Assembly (NCBI GenBank): GCA_003170115.1
Contig: PMZS01000282.1
Span: 1-32,820, forward strand
Source of the DNA: Spirochaetaceae bacterium
GTDB taxonomy: Bacteria; Spirochaetota; Spirochaetia; SZUA-6; Fen-1364
DNA length: 32,820 bases
Direction: 5' to 3'
The position numbers and the translations under genes are program-made. A model generated the notes under the pieces. That model was not told the origin of the DNA. It saw only the letters and a list, made by a program, of their open reading frames with translations, and searched no databases. Below are positions 1 to 9,893 of the stretch, in pieces (the stretch's first letter is position 1; each line of letters starts with the position of its first letter).

Positions 1-1
1 C

Positions 2-1156
2 GACCAGACCCGGGCCGAGGTGCTGGAGAAGAGCCTCGCGGAGGTGTTCGAGAGCGTCGAAAAGAAGCCGATCCCGTATGCGACCCCCGAGATCAAGTCG
101 GAGGAGGCCCTGGAGCTGGGCAAGGACTTCTCCTTCGAGGTGATCTACGACACGTACCCCGCGATCGAGCTCGGACCGTACCTGGGGCTCGAGGTCGACC
201 AGCCGGAGTGGGAGATCACGGACGAGGACCTCGGACGGGAGCTCAAGGGGATCCAGGAGCAGAACGCCCTCTTCACGGACAAGGACGAAGGCGTCGTGGA
301 GACCGGCAACATCGTGAACACCGACTACGTCGAGCTGGACGAGTCGGGCGCCGAGAAACCCGGCACGAAACGCGAAGCGTTCGTGTTCGAGGTCGGCACC
401 GGCTACAACGTCTACAAGGTCGACGATGAAATGCTCGCAATGAAGAAGGCGGAGACCAAGCTCGTCACCAAGACCTTCGCGGAGGACTTCGAGACGAAGG
501 CACTCGCGGGAAAGACGGTAATGCTTCGAATCACGCTGAACAGCATCAAGGAGAAGAAACTCCCCGAGATCAACGACGAGCTCGCGCAGGACATCAGTGA
601 GAAGTTTCAGACCCTGGATGACCTGAAGGCGGACATTCGCAAAAAGCTCGAGGATGCGGTGAAGTCGGCGCTGCGCTCGAAGACGATCACACGGGTCCTC
701 GATTCAGTCGTGGAGACGAGCACGATCCCGCTCCCTGCTTCAATGGTAGACTACCAGCTGGAGGCCATGTGGCAGGACTACGCCAACCAGCTCCGCATCG
801 ACGAGAAGCGGCTTGCCGCGCTTCTGGAGCAGCAGGGCAGGAGCGTGGAGGACGTGCGCAAGGAATGGTTGCCGTCCGCCGAGAAGCGGGCTCGGCTTCA
901 GCTTGTGGTCTCCGAGATCGCCAGGAAGGAAGGGATCGGCATCGAGGACAGCGACCTGGATGCGGAGATCGCGAAGATGGCGGATGAGCGCAAGGTCACG
1001 ACGGCCGAACTGAAGGAGAGCCTTGCGAAGAACAAACTCGAGGACTACATGCGGAGCAACCTCCGCATGGACAAGCTGTACGACTTCCTCCTTTCAAAAA
1101 CCAAGCTCCGGCTGTCCGAAAAGCGGAAAGTATTGGACATTCTCCAGGGGAATTAG
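2..1156 (+). CDS. tig: Trigger factor (5'-truncated by the window edge)
   Basis: Frame is open from position 2. FKBP-like central domain and C-terminal chaperone region (LPEINDELAQD, TLDDLKADIR, AEKRARLQLVV). Lies directly upstream of clpP-clpX-lon, the classic gene order. Confidence 0.95.
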   Translation, partial: DQTRAEVLEKSLAEVFESVEKKPIPYATPEIKSEEALELGKDFSFEVIYDTYPAIELGPYLGLEVDQPEWEITDEDLGRELKGIQEQNALFTDKDEGVVETGNIVNTDYVELDESGAEKPGTKREAFVFEVGTGYNVYKVDDEMLAMKKAETKLVTKTFAEDFETKALAGKTVMLRITLNSIKEKKLPEINDELAQDISEKFQTLDDLKADIRKKLEDAVKSALRSKTITRVLDSVVETSTIPLPASMVDYQLEAMWQDYANQLRIDEKRLAALLEQQGRSVEDVRKEWLPSAEKRARLQLVVSEIARKEGIGIEDSDLDAEIAKMADERKVTTAELKESLAKNKLEDYMRSNLRMDKLYDFLLSKTKLRLSEKRKVLDILQGN

Positions 1157-1163
1157 GTACCAT
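1134..1163 (+). promoter_or_regulatory. Possible sigma70-type promoter for clpP-clpX-lon
   Basis: TGGACA (1134-1139), 18-nt spacer, TACCAT (1158-1163) in a locally AT-rich patch 31 nt upstream of the clpP ATG. Confidence 0.35.
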
Positions 1164-1194
1164 TAAGGATGAATGAAACAGAGGCGGAACTTCG

Positions 1195-1815
1195 ATGAAT
1201 GAGATGGACACCAACCTCGTCCCCATCGTCATCGAGCAGACGGGACGCGGGGAGCGGTCGTACGATATCTATTCCCGGCTCCTGAAGGATCGCATCGTGT
1301 TCGTGGATGGTGAGATCTACGACGTGAACGCGGACCTCGTGGTGGCACAGCTCCTGTTCCTCGAATCCCAGGACCCCGAGAAGGACATCCATCTCTACGT
1401 GAACTCGCCGGGCGGCACGGTGACCGCGGGGCTTGCCATCTACGATACGATCCAGTACATCAAGCCGAACGTGCAGACCATCTGCATCGGCCAGGCGGCA
1501 TCCATGGGCGCCCTGCTCCTTGCCTGCGGCACCCACGGCAAGCGCGTGGCCCTGCCCTCATCGCGCATACTCGTCCACCAGCCGTGGGGAGGAGTCTCGG
1601 GCCAGGCCGTGGACATCAGCATCCAGGCACGGGAGCTGGTGCGCATCAAGAAACTGATCGTCTCCTACTTCGCGGAGCATACGGGCAAAACCGCCGAAAT
1701 CGTCGAAAGGGATCTCGAGCGGGACTACTACATGTCCGCCGAGGAAGCCCTGGAGTACGGGCTCATCGACAAGATCCTGAAACGGGGAAAGAATGGCGAA
1801 AACCCCCAAAAGTGA
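1195..1815 (+). CDS. clpP: ATP-dependent Clp protease proteolytic subunit
   Basis: [15 protein letters not shown] and YVNSPGG motifs; catalytic Ser (GQAASMG), His (ILVHQP) and Asp (ERDYYMS). GAGG RBS upstream. Confidence 0.97.
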   Translation: MNEMDTNLVPIVIEQTGRGERSYDIYSRLLKDRIVFVDGEIYDVNADLVVAQLLFLESQDPEKDIHLYVNSPGGTVTAGLAIYDTIQYIKPNVQTICIGQAASMGALLLACGTHGKRVALPSSRILVHQPWGGVSGQAVDISIQARELVRIKKLIVSYFAEHTGKTAEIVERDLERDYYMSAEEALEYGLIDKILKRGKNGENPQK

Positions 1816-3046
1816 CGGTTTCAAGGTCTGCTCCTTCTGCGGGAAGAGCGCGGATGTCGCCCGGCGGCTGATTGCCGGCCCGGGCGTTTTCATCTGCGAC
1901 GAATGCGTGAACGTCTGCAAGAAGATCCTGGACGAGGAGGAAGAAAACCTCTCCCTCGAGTTCACGGAGGACATCCCCAAGCCGCGGGAGATCAAGGACT
2001 ACCTGGACCAGTACGTCATCGCGCAGGAGCAGGCCAAGAAGGTGCTCTCCGTCGCGGTCTACAACCACTACAAGAGGATCGCCCTTGGTCACAAGGTGCA
2101 GAACGAGGTGGAGCTGGAGAAGTCCAACGTCCTGCTCATCGGCCCGACGGGGACGGGGAAGACCCTGCTGGCCCGGACCCTGGCGCGCAAGCTGAAAGTG
2201 CCCTTCGCCATCGCGGACGCGACCACCCTCACCGAGGCCGGCTACGTCGGTGAAGACGTGGAGAACATCCTCCTGAAATTGATCCAGAACGCCGGCAACA
2301 ACATTTCCGCCGCCGAGCGCGGCATCGTCTACATTGACGAAATCGACAAGATCGCGCGGAAGAGCGGGGACAACCCGTCCATCACTCGCGACGTGTCGGG
2401 TGAAGGCGTGCAACAGGCGCTGCTGAAGATCGTGGAAGGGACGGTGGCCTCCGTTCCGCCCCAGGGAGGCCGCAAGCATCCCAACCAGGAGATGCTGCGA
2501 ATAGATACGACCAACATTCTCTTCATCTGCGGCGGGGCCTTCGTCGGCCTGGACGGCATCGTGGAGCAGCGGACGATCGCGCATCCGATGGGTTTCGGCT
2601 CGAACCCCAAGGGCGCCGGGGAGAAAGACCTCCTTGCCCTGTACTCCCAGCTGCAGCCGGACGACCTGATCCGCTACGGCCTCATCCCCGAGTTCGTCGG
2701 GCGCCTGCCCATTGTGGTTCCCCTGGAGGAGCTGGATGCCGTTGCGCTCCGCCGCATCATCACCGAGCCGCACAACGCCGTCCTCAAGCAGTACCAGGCC
2801 TCCTTCAAGCTGGACGACGTGGAGCTGGAGTTCGAGGAGCGCGCCATTGATGCCATCGCGCGAAAGGCCATTGAGCGCAAGACGGGTGCGCGGGGCCTGC
2901 GTGCCATCGTGGAAGCGCTCATGATGGACATCATGTTCGACATTCCTTCCATCAAGGGAGCGAAAAAGGTGATCATCACGGAGAGCGTGGTCACGAGCGC
3001 GGAGCGGCCCGAGATCGTCCTGTCCGGCCAGAAGAAAACCGCGTAG
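1793..3046 (+). CDS. clpX: ATP-dependent Clp protease ATP-binding subunit ClpX
   Basis: N-terminal C4 zinc finger (CSFC...CDEC), Walker [13 protein letters not shown] pore loop, Walker B YIDEIDK, RKH loop, ClpP-docking loop MGF. Overlaps clpP by 23 nt. Confidence 0.98.
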   Translation: MAKTPKSDGFKVCSFCGKSADVARRLIAGPGVFICDECVNVCKKILDEEEENLSLEFTEDIPKPREIKDYLDQYVIAQEQAKKVLSVAVYNHYKRIALGHKVQNEVELEKSNVLLIGPTGTGKTLLARTLARKLKVPFAIADATTLTEAGYVGEDVENILLKLIQNAGNNISAAERGIVYIDEIDKIARKSGDNPSITRDVSGEGVQQALLKIVEGTVASVPPQGGRKHPNQEMLRIDTTNILFICGGAFVGLDGIVEQRTIAHPMGFGSNPKGAGEKDLLALYSQLQPDDLIRYGLIPEFVGRLPIVVPLEELDAVALRRIITEPHNAVLKQYQASFKLDDVELEFEERAIDAIARKAIERKTGARGLRAIVEALMMDIMFDIPSIKGAKKVIITESVVTSAERPEIVLSGQKKTA

Positions 3047-3057
3047 CCGGCCTTCTC

Positions 3058-5670
3058 ATGAAACTGCTGCAGAAGAAGCACGAGCTTTTCATGGTTCCCC
3101 TGAAGGATCTCGTCGTGTTCCCCCGGATGATCGTCCCCTTTTTCGTCGGGCGTCGGCGCTCGGTGAGAAGCGTGGAGGAGGCCGGCCGGCTCGGACGACC
3201 TCTTTTCCTGGCGGCCCAGAAGAAGACCGCCGTGGAGGAACCGGGCGAGCGCGACGTAAACGCGGTCGGCACCATCGCGCGCGTGCTGCAAATGACAAAG
3301 ATGCCGGACGGCAAGCTCCGGCTGCTCGTGGAAGGGCTGGAGCGCGCCGCCGTGGTGAAGTACACCGAGACGCGCGACTGCCTCCAGGCGGTGGTGCGGA
3401 CGCTCCGCCCGGCACCCGAGGTGACGCCCCAGCTCGCCGCGCTCATGCGGACGGTCCTCACTCAGTTCAGCCAGTACAACGAGGTGGCAAAGAAGGTGCC
3501 CGCCGAGGCAGTAACTGCCATCGAGTCCGCGGAAGGTCCGGACCTCCTCGTCGATCTGGTGGCGGGAAACCTCCCCCTGAAGCTCGAGCAGAAGATGGAG
3601 CTTCTCTCCCTGGAGGACGTGAAGGAGCGCCTGGAGCGCTGCGCCGCGATCGTGGGCTCCGAGATCGAGCTGGCCAGCCTCGAGCAGGAGATCACGGGGA
3701 AGGTCCGACGCAAACTGGAGAAGACGCAGAAGGACTACTTTCTCAATGAGCAATTGAAGGAGATCCAGAAGGAGCTGGGCGCCGAAGGGGACGATCCCAC
3801 GGGGGCCAAGGAGCTCGAGGAGAAAGTGAAGGCGAAGGGCCTGCCGACGGAGGTCGTGGAGAAGTGCCAGAAGGAGCTGAAGAGGCTGGGACGGATGCAG
3901 CCTCTTTCGCCGGAGTCGGCGCTGCTGCGCACCTACCTGGAATGGGTGGTGGATCTGCCCTGGAAGGAAGCCACCGCCGACAACCGCGACATCGAGCGCG
4001 CGCGGCAGATACTGGACGAGGACCACTATGACCTGAAAAAGGTGAAGGAGAGGATCCTGGACTTCATCGCCGTGCGGCAGTTGAAGAGCCGGGTAAAAGG
4101 TCCCATCCTCTGCTTCATCGGGCCTCCCGGAACGGGCAAGACGTCCCTGGGCAGGTCAGTCGCGCGCTCGCTGGGCCGCAGCTTCGTGCGCGTCTCCCTC
4201 GGCGGCGTGCGCGACGAGGCGGAGATCCGCGGGCACCGCAAGACCTACGTGGGCGCCCTCCCGGGAAAGATCATCCAGTCCATGCGGAAGGCGGGCTCCC
4301 GCAATCCCGTTTTCCTTCTCGACGAGATCGACAAGATGAGCTCCGACTGGCGCGGAGATCCCGCCTCCGCCCTCCTGGAGGTCCTTGACCCCGAGCAGAA
4401 CCACACCTTCATGGATCACTACCTCGAGGTTCCATACGACCTGTCCAATGTCATGTTCATCACCACCGCGAACTCCACCCACAACATTCCCTATCCTCTG
4501 CGCGACAGGATGGAGGTGATCGAGATCTCGGGATACACCGAGTTCGAGAAGGAAAAAATCGCGGAGAAGTTCCTCGTGCCCAAGCAGATCCAGGAAAACG
4601 GACTGGAGTGGGCCGACATCGTGTTCCAGCGTTCCGCGATCATGCGGCTCATCCGCGCGTACACCCTGGAAGCCGGGGTGCGCAACCTGGAACGGGAGAT
4701 AGCCAACATTCTGCGCAAGATCGCGCGCGAGGCGGTGAAGAGCGGCGCGACCACACCCGCGCCCATTTCGGTGCCCGCTGATCCGACCGCGGACGCGGTC
4801 CCTGATGACGCGGCTGCCACGCCAGCTGCCACGGCCGGTAGCGCCGCACCGGCAGCCCTCCCGCCTGGCCCGTCGATTGGCGACGATAAAGAGCCGCCTC
4901 TTCCCACGGCGGATTTCAAGGTGGTGGTGAGCGGCAGGTCCGTGGAGAAATACCTGGGCAAGGAGAAGTTCCAGGAGAGCGCTTTCTCCCAGGACGTGAC
5001 GCCGGGACTCGCCTACGGCCTTGCCTGGACGGAGCTGGGGGGACAGCTTCTGGCCGTCGAGGTGGCGATCGTGGCGGGCAAGGGCGAGCTCACCCTCACG
5101 GGAAGCCTCGGGGACGTGATGAAGGAGAGCGCGCAGGCGGCGCTCACATTCCTCCGCGCGCACCACGCGGCCCTCGGGATCACGCCGGACTTCACGAAGG
5201 ACCGCGACATCCACATTCATGTTCCCGAAGGCGCGATACCCAAGGACGGGCCGTCCGCCGGCATCACGCTTGCCGCCGCGCTTCTTTCGGCCGTGGCAGG
5301 CGCAGCCGTCGCACCAGGCTTCGCCATGACCGGAGAAATCACGCTCACCGGCCGCATCCTGCCGATCGGCGGGGTGAAGGAAAAAATGCTTGCCGCCCAC
5401 CGGTACAAGATGACGAATGTCCTCCTGCCGAGGCGGAACGAGAAGGACCTTGAAGAGATCCCCCCGGAAGTGATGCACCAGCTCCATTTCCACTTCGCGG
5501 ACTCCGTGCTGGATGCGCTGGCGATTCTTTTTCCGCACAGGAGCTTTGATGCGCAGGAGACACCGCACCCGGAGGGTGTCGTGGACGCGCTCCGTCGGGA
5601 CGTTCCCCTCGTCTCTGACGCCCCTGGGGTCCCCGCAGTCGAACCGGCCCTGGACCAGCCCTTGCTGTAA
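3058..5670 (+). CDS. lon: Lon protease (endopeptidase La)
   Basis: LON N-domain, Walker A GPPGTGKT, RGHRKTYVGALPG, LLDEIDK, catalytic PKDGPSAG Ser and GGVKEK Lys. Confidence 0.97.
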   Translation: MKLLQKKHELFMVPLKDLVVFPRMIVPFFVGRRRSVRSVEEAGRLGRPLFLAAQKKTAVEEPGERDVNAVGTIARVLQMTKMPDGKLRLLVEGLERAAVVKYTETRDCLQAVVRTLRPAPEVTPQLAALMRTVLTQFSQYNEVAKKVPAEAVTAIESAEGPDLLVDLVAGNLPLKLEQKMELLSLEDVKERLERCAAIVGSEIELASLEQEITGKVRRKLEKTQKDYFLNEQLKEIQKELGAEGDDPTGAKELEEKVKAKGLPTEVVEKCQKELKRLGRMQPLSPESALLRTYLEWVVDLPWKEATADNRDIERARQILDEDHYDLKKVKERILDFIAVRQLKSRVKGPILCFIGPPGTGKTSLGRSVARSLGRSFVRVSLGGVRDEAEIRGHRKTYVGALPGKIIQSMRKAGSRNPVFLLDEIDKMSSDWRGDPASALLEVLDPEQNHTFMDHYLEVPYDLSNVMFITTANSTHNIPYPLRDRMEVIEISGYTEFEKEKIAEKFLVPKQIQENGLEWADIVFQRSAIMRLIRAYTLEAGVRNLEREIANILRKIAREAVKSGATTPAPISVPADPTADAVPDDAAATPAATAGSAAPAALPPGPSIGDDKEPPLPTADFKVVVSGRSVEKYLGKEKFQESAFSQDVTPGLAYGLAWTELGGQLLAVEVAIVAGKGELTLTGSLGDVMKESAQAALTFLRAHHAALGITPDFTKDRDIHIHVPEGAIPKDGPSAGITLAAALLSAVAGAAVAPGFAMTGEITLTGRILPIGGVKEKMLAAHRYKMTNVLLPRRNEKDLEEIPPEVMHQLHFHFADSVLDALAILFPHRSFDAQETPHPEGVVDALRRDVPLVSDAPGVPAVEPALDQPLL

Positions 5671-5682
5671 GGAGGGGCCTTC

Positions 5683-6873
5683 ATGAAGTTCGCCCGAAGG
5701 ATGTCGTCGGTCCATCGCTCGTTCATCCGTGAAATCCTGAAGGCCGCCGTCGATCCCGGGATCATTTCCTTTGCCGGAGGTCTTCCCAACCCGCGATTCT
5801 TTCCCGTGCGCGAGCTGGAGGAGGCGACGAGGAAGGTGCTGTCCTCCGACGGGGCTGCCGCTCTGCAGTACGCGACCACCGAAGGGTTTCCCCCGCTGAG
5901 GGAAATGATCGCCGCGCGTTATGCGGCGCGGGGAACCCGGGTGCGTCCTGAAGAGGTGCTGATCCTCAACGGCTCGCAGCAGGGGCTGGACCTCGTTGCC
6001 AAGGTATTCGTGGACCCGGGGGACGTGGTGCTGGTGGAAAGCCCCTCCTACCTCGCCGCCCTGCAGTGCTTCGGTTTCTTTGAGCCCCGGTTTCTGCCGC
6101 TGTTCATGGACAGTGACGGGGTCTGCGTGCGGGAGCTCACCGCCGCCCTGCGGGACGCGGAGCCGAAGCTCTTCTATGCCATTCCGAACTTCCAGAATCC
6201 CTCCGGCATCAGCTATTCACGGGAGCGGCGCCGCGAGGCGGCGAGGCTCCTCGCGGGCTCCTCCACGGTGCTGGTGGAAGACGACCCGTACGGGGAGATC
6301 CGCTTCATGGGAGAGGACCTGCCCTCGATCCGCGCCTGCATTTCGGAGGCCGGATCGACCGATTCATCGGTTCTCCTGGGAACGTTTTCCAAGATCGTCT
6401 CTCCCGGCGTGCGCCTGGGCTGGATCGTCGCCGGCACGGAGATCATGGAAAGGCTCGTGGTGGCCAAACAGGCTGCCGACCTTCATTCCAACGAGCTCAC
6501 CCAGCGCATCGTGCACCGCTACCTCAGCGACAACGATGTGAACGCTCATATCCAGCGGATCCGCGATGCCTACAAGCGTCAGCGCGACCTGATGGTAAGC
6601 GCGGTGAAGTCGCTCTTCCCCCCGGACGTGAGCTGCACGGAACCCGAGGGCGGGATGTTCCTGTGGATGACGCTTCCCCAGGCGGTGTCCGCCATGACCT
6701 TCTTCGAGAGGTCCCTCGAACGGAAGGTCACTTTCGTGCCCGGGGCCGCGTTCTTCACCTCGGGCGGCGGGGAGAACACCCTTCGGCTGAATTTCTCCAA
6801 TTGCGACGAGGCGATGATCGATGAAGGGATGACGAGGCTCGCACGGGTCTACTCCCAGATGCCGGGAGCTTGA
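5683..6873 (+). CDS. PLP-dependent aminotransferase class I/II (LysN/2-aminoadipate transaminase-like; substrate unknown)
   Basis: IISFAGGLP, PNFQNPSG, VEDDPY, PLP-lysine motif GTFSKIVSPGVRLGW and LRLNFS. No N-terminal HTH, so not MocR. The AAGGAGG RBS overlaps the lon stop. Confidence 0.9.
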   Translation: MKFARRMSSVHRSFIREILKAAVDPGIISFAGGLPNPRFFPVRELEEATRKVLSSDGAAALQYATTEGFPPLREMIAARYAARGTRVRPEEVLILNGSQQGLDLVAKVFVDPGDVVLVESPSYLAALQCFGFFEPRFLPLFMDSDGVCVRELTAALRDAEPKLFYAIPNFQNPSGISYSRERRREAARLLAGSSTVLVEDDPYGEIRFMGEDLPSIRACISEAGSTDSSVLLGTFSKIVSPGVRLGWIVAGTEIMERLVVAKQAADLHSNELTQRIVHRYLSDNDVNAHIQRIRDAYKRQRDLMVSAVKSLFPPDVSCTEPEGGMFLWMTLPQAVSAMTFFERSLERKVTFVPGAAFFTSGGGENTLRLNFSNCDEAMIDEGMTRLARVYSQMPGA

Positions 6874-6922
6874 TCAACACCCCTGCAACCCATAGGATAG
6901 GGTTCGCTCTGGAGGCCGGTCT

Positions 6923-8683
6923 CTGAGACTCAGAAGCATACGCTCGAAGCTGCTTTTCTCCTTCGTCTCGGTGATCCTGCTCCCGCTCCTTACGCTTGGA
7001 ATTCTCGGGCCCTACATCTCGGCGCGAACGATAGAGAGCGAAGCCACAAGCCACACCGTGCAGCTCATCCGCCAGGTGACGCGGAACATCGAGTTCTACG
7101 TGCGCCAGACGGAAAGCATCATCTCCATTGTGGATGCCAACCCCGACGTGCAGGCGTTCATGTCGTTCCAGGGGTCTTCGCAGCCCTTCTCCCCGCGGGC
7201 CCAGGCAGCGGCCCGGCAGCTCCTGAAGTCGATCTCCGACGCGCATCCCGAGATCGCGGGAATCCTCGTGGTGAGCGCGGACAATCGCCCCCTGAGCAAC
7301 GAGATCCAGCCGATCACGCGTGATCCGCTCACCGACGAGAGCTGGTACAGGAAGGCGGTGGACAACCAGGGCACCGTGCAGCTCCTCCCCCGACCCATCG
7401 GCAGGAACCTGCGGAGCAGCCACGAGTACAGCGCCGACGAGGTGGTCTCCATTGTAAAGGCGGTCGTGGACCCCGGCTCGGGGCAGGTCCGGGGCGTCGT
7501 GCTCATCGACATGCGCCTGAAGGTCGTGGAGGCCATCTTCGACGACATGACCATCGGTCTGGGCGGATTCCTCTTCATCGAGGCGCCGGGCGGAGCCATC
7601 GTGTACACGCCCGTGAACCCCATCGTCTACCGCGTGCGCGACGAGTGGCTGGACACCCCGCGCACGAGCAGCGTTCGGCGCATCAAGGGGGAGGACTACC
7701 AGATCGTCTCCCAGGGCTCCGATTACACTCAATGGAAGACAATCGGAGTTTTCCCCCTGAACGAGATCATGAGCCAGGTGAGCACCATCCGCTATTACTC
7801 CCTGATCATTGCCGGAGTCACCGTGCTCGTGGCGCTCATTGTCGCGGTCTTCTTCACGAGCGGTATCGCGCGGCCGGTGATCGAGCTTCGGTCTCTCATG
7901 AAGGAAGCGGAGGAGGGCAACCTCGGGGTCAGGTTCGAGGGTCGGCAGGAGGACGAGATCGGCTATCTCGGCAAGAGCTTTAATACCATGATCGAGGAGG
8001 TCCAGAAGCTCATCGACATGGTCTACCGCGAGCAGCAGAGCAAGCGGGAGGCTGAGCTGAAGACCCTCCAGGAGCAGATCAAGCCCCATTTCCTCTACAA
8101 CACGCTGGACACCATCCAGTGGATGGCGCAGGAGCACGGCGCCCAGGACATCGTGAAAGTCGTCGGCGCGCTCACCAGCCTCTTCCGCATCGGTCTCTCG
8201 CGCGGCAAGGAGATGATCCGCGTGGCCGACGAGATGGAGCACGTCCGCAGCTATCTCATCATCCAGAAAGCGCGCTACGAGGACAAGTTCGACTTCACGC
8301 TCAGCACGGACGACGAGGTCCTCTCCTGCATGGTGTTGAAGCTCACCCTCCAGCCGCTCGTGGAGAACGCGATCTACCATGGCATCAAGGAGCGTCGGGG
8401 CCATGGCTTCGTCCGGGTGGAGGCGCTCCGCCGCGACGGGATGCTCGTCCTTCGCGTGAGCGATGACGGGGTGGGGATGACGCCGGCGAAGCTCGAGGAG
8501 GTGCGTGCCCTCCTCAGCGTCGTCCATCCGCACGGCGCCGGGCTCGAAGGCTACGGGGTTCACAATGTCCACGAGCGGATCCAGCTCTCCTTCGGCACGC
8601 GTTACGGCCTGCGCTTCGAGAGCGCACCGGACCGCGGCACCACCGTGGAGATCCTCCACCCGCTGTTGACCAGCGAGGAGTAG
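6923..8683 (+). CDS. YesM/LytS-family sensor histidine kinase (TM-dCache-TM-HAMP-His_kinase-HATPase)
   Basis: H-box EQIKPHFLYNTL, LQPLVENAIYHG, DDGVGM, GYGVHNVHERI. Start moved from the track's GTG 6971 to in-frame CTG 6923, which has GGAGG 7 nt upstream and restores the RSIRSKLLFSF segment leading into TM1. Confidence 0.92.
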   Translation: MRLRSIRSKLLFSFVSVILLPLLTLGILGPYISARTIESEATSHTVQLIRQVTRNIEFYVRQTESIISIVDANPDVQAFMSFQGSSQPFSPRAQAAARQLLKSISDAHPEIAGILVVSADNRPLSNEIQPITRDPLTDESWYRKAVDNQGTVQLLPRPIGRNLRSSHEYSADEVVSIVKAVVDPGSGQVRGVVLIDMRLKVVEAIFDDMTIGLGGFLFIEAPGGAIVYTPVNPIVYRVRDEWLDTPRTSSVRRIKGEDYQIVSQGSDYTQWKTIGVFPLNEIMSQVSTIRYYSLIIAGVTVLVALIVAVFFTSGIARPVIELRSLMKEAEEGNLGVRFEGRQEDEIGYLGKSFNTMIEEVQKLIDMVYREQQSKREAELKTLQEQIKPHFLYNTLDTIQWMAQEHGAQDIVKVVGALTSLFRIGLSRGKEMIRVADEMEHVRSYLIIQKARYEDKFDFTLSTDDEVLSCMVLKLTLQPLVENAIYHGIKERRGHGFVRVEALRRDGMLVLRVSDDGVGMTPAKLEEVRALLSVVHPHGAGLEGYGVHNVHERIQLSFGTRYGLRFESAPDRGTTVEILHPLLTSEE

Positions 8684-8687
8684 GGCG

Positions 8688-9893
8688 ATGTGGAAGGTCA
8701 TGATCGCTGACGATGAGCCGAAGATCCGCCGCGGGCTGCGCACCACGATCGAGCGCATCCGGCCCGACATGAAGGTGGTGGCGGAGGCCGAGGACGGCGA
8801 GATGGCCCTCGCCCTCGTCCAGAAGGAAACGCCGGACATCCTCCTGATCGACGTCCGCATGCCCTTCCTGAACGGCCTCGAGCTCATAGAGAAGATCAAC
8901 GGGATCCTGAGCGACTGCATCATCATCGTCGTGTCGGGTCATGACGAGTTCGAATACGCGCAGCGTGCCCTGCAGCTGAAGGTGTTCGAATACGTCCTGA
9001 AGCCGGTGCCGCAGGAAGTGCTCGCCAACGTCCTCGCCCGGGCCGAGGAAGCCCTCACCGAATCGCGCCGTCAGCGGCATTACGTTTCGTGGGCGCACGA
9101 GCAGCTGGAACGCAACATGCCCCTGCTCCGCGAGCAGTTCCTTCGCGACTGGGTGCGCGGACGGCTCTCTCCATTGGAGCTCGCCGAGCAGGCGGGGTTC
9201 CTGGGCATGGAAACCTCCGGACATCTCGCGATGGCCGTGATCCACGTGGCCGAGCGCGCGGTGGCCACGGCGCCGTCCGAGGAGCGGGATCGCCGTCTCG
9301 CCCTCTACGCGGTTCGCTCCGCAGTGGATGAGGCATTCGGCGAGTTCACGCCGAGGTGGGTCTTTCTCGACGACCATGACAATATCGTCGTGCTTGCCCG
9401 CTCCTCCGGAGGCCAGGCCTGGGTGGAGGCGGCATCCCGAACGGAGGCGCGCGTGGTCCCCTCGCTCTGCCAGGCGTTGATCGTCGCTCAGGCTGCGGTG
9501 GAGGATGCTCCGCACGGCGTGCCCGAGGCGTACGACGCGCTGAGCGCCGAGATCTCGGGGAAAGGAAGCCATCGAGGCCTCGTGGTCCTTGCCCAGCGCT
9601 ATATCGACGCCCACTACGGGGAGCCGACGCTGTCCCTGGAGGAAGTGGCTTCCTCCGCCCAGATCAGCCCGGGGTACCTCAGCCGGCTCCTGAAACTGGA
9701 GACGGGCTTCTCCTTCGTGGACTACCTGACCCGGGTGAGGATCAACAAGGCGGTGCAGATCATGAATGATCCGTCGGTCAAGGTGTACGAGGTGGCGGAG
9801 GCCGTCGGGTACCAGAGCCAGCATTATTTCAGCCGCGCGTTCAAGCGGGTGTTCGGCCGGCCGCCGGTCGAATACCGCAAGGGCGGCGCATGA
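8688..9893 (+). CDS. YesN-family response regulator (REC + C-terminal AraC HTH)
   Basis: VMIADDE, phospho-acceptor DILLIDVRMP, YVLKP, AraC signature SFVDYLTRVRINKA...VAEAVGYQSQHYFSRAFKR. Confidence 0.95.
   Translation: MWKVMIADDEPKIRRGLRTTIERIRPDMKVVAEAEDGEMALALVQKETPDILLIDVRMPFLNGLELIEKINGILSDCIIIVVSGHDEFEYAQRALQLKVFEYVLKPVPQEVLANVLARAEEALTESRRQRHYVSWAHEQLERNMPLLREQFLRDWVRGRLSPLELAEQAGFLGMETSGHLAMAVIHVAERAVATAPSEERDRRLALYAVRSAVDEAFGEFTPRWVFLDDHDNIVVLARSSGGQAWVEAASRTEARVVPSLCQALIVAQAAVEDAPHGVPEAYDALSAEISGKGSHRGLVVLAQRYIDAHYGEPTLSLEEVASSAQISPGYLSRLLKLETGFSFVDYLTRVRINKAVQIMNDPSVKVYEVAEAVGYQSQHYFSRAFKRVFGRPPVEYRKGGA

Noticed and set aside
2581-2600. ClpX docking loop reads MGF rather than IGF
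   Set aside because: A common natural variant of the (I/L/M/V)GF loop.
4741-4920. Lon insertion as an intein or mobile insertion
   Set aside because: Too short, low-complexity, lacks the C-terminal His-Asn motif, and has no flanking repeats.
6755-8926. Long antisense ORFs (also 1763-2773, 2674-4026, 4156-5715, 8514-9926, 11015-12613, 13805-15469, 27400-29436)
   Set aside because: Shadow ORFs expected opposite genes with high GC3. No recognisable motifs, and they overlap well-supported genes almost entirely.
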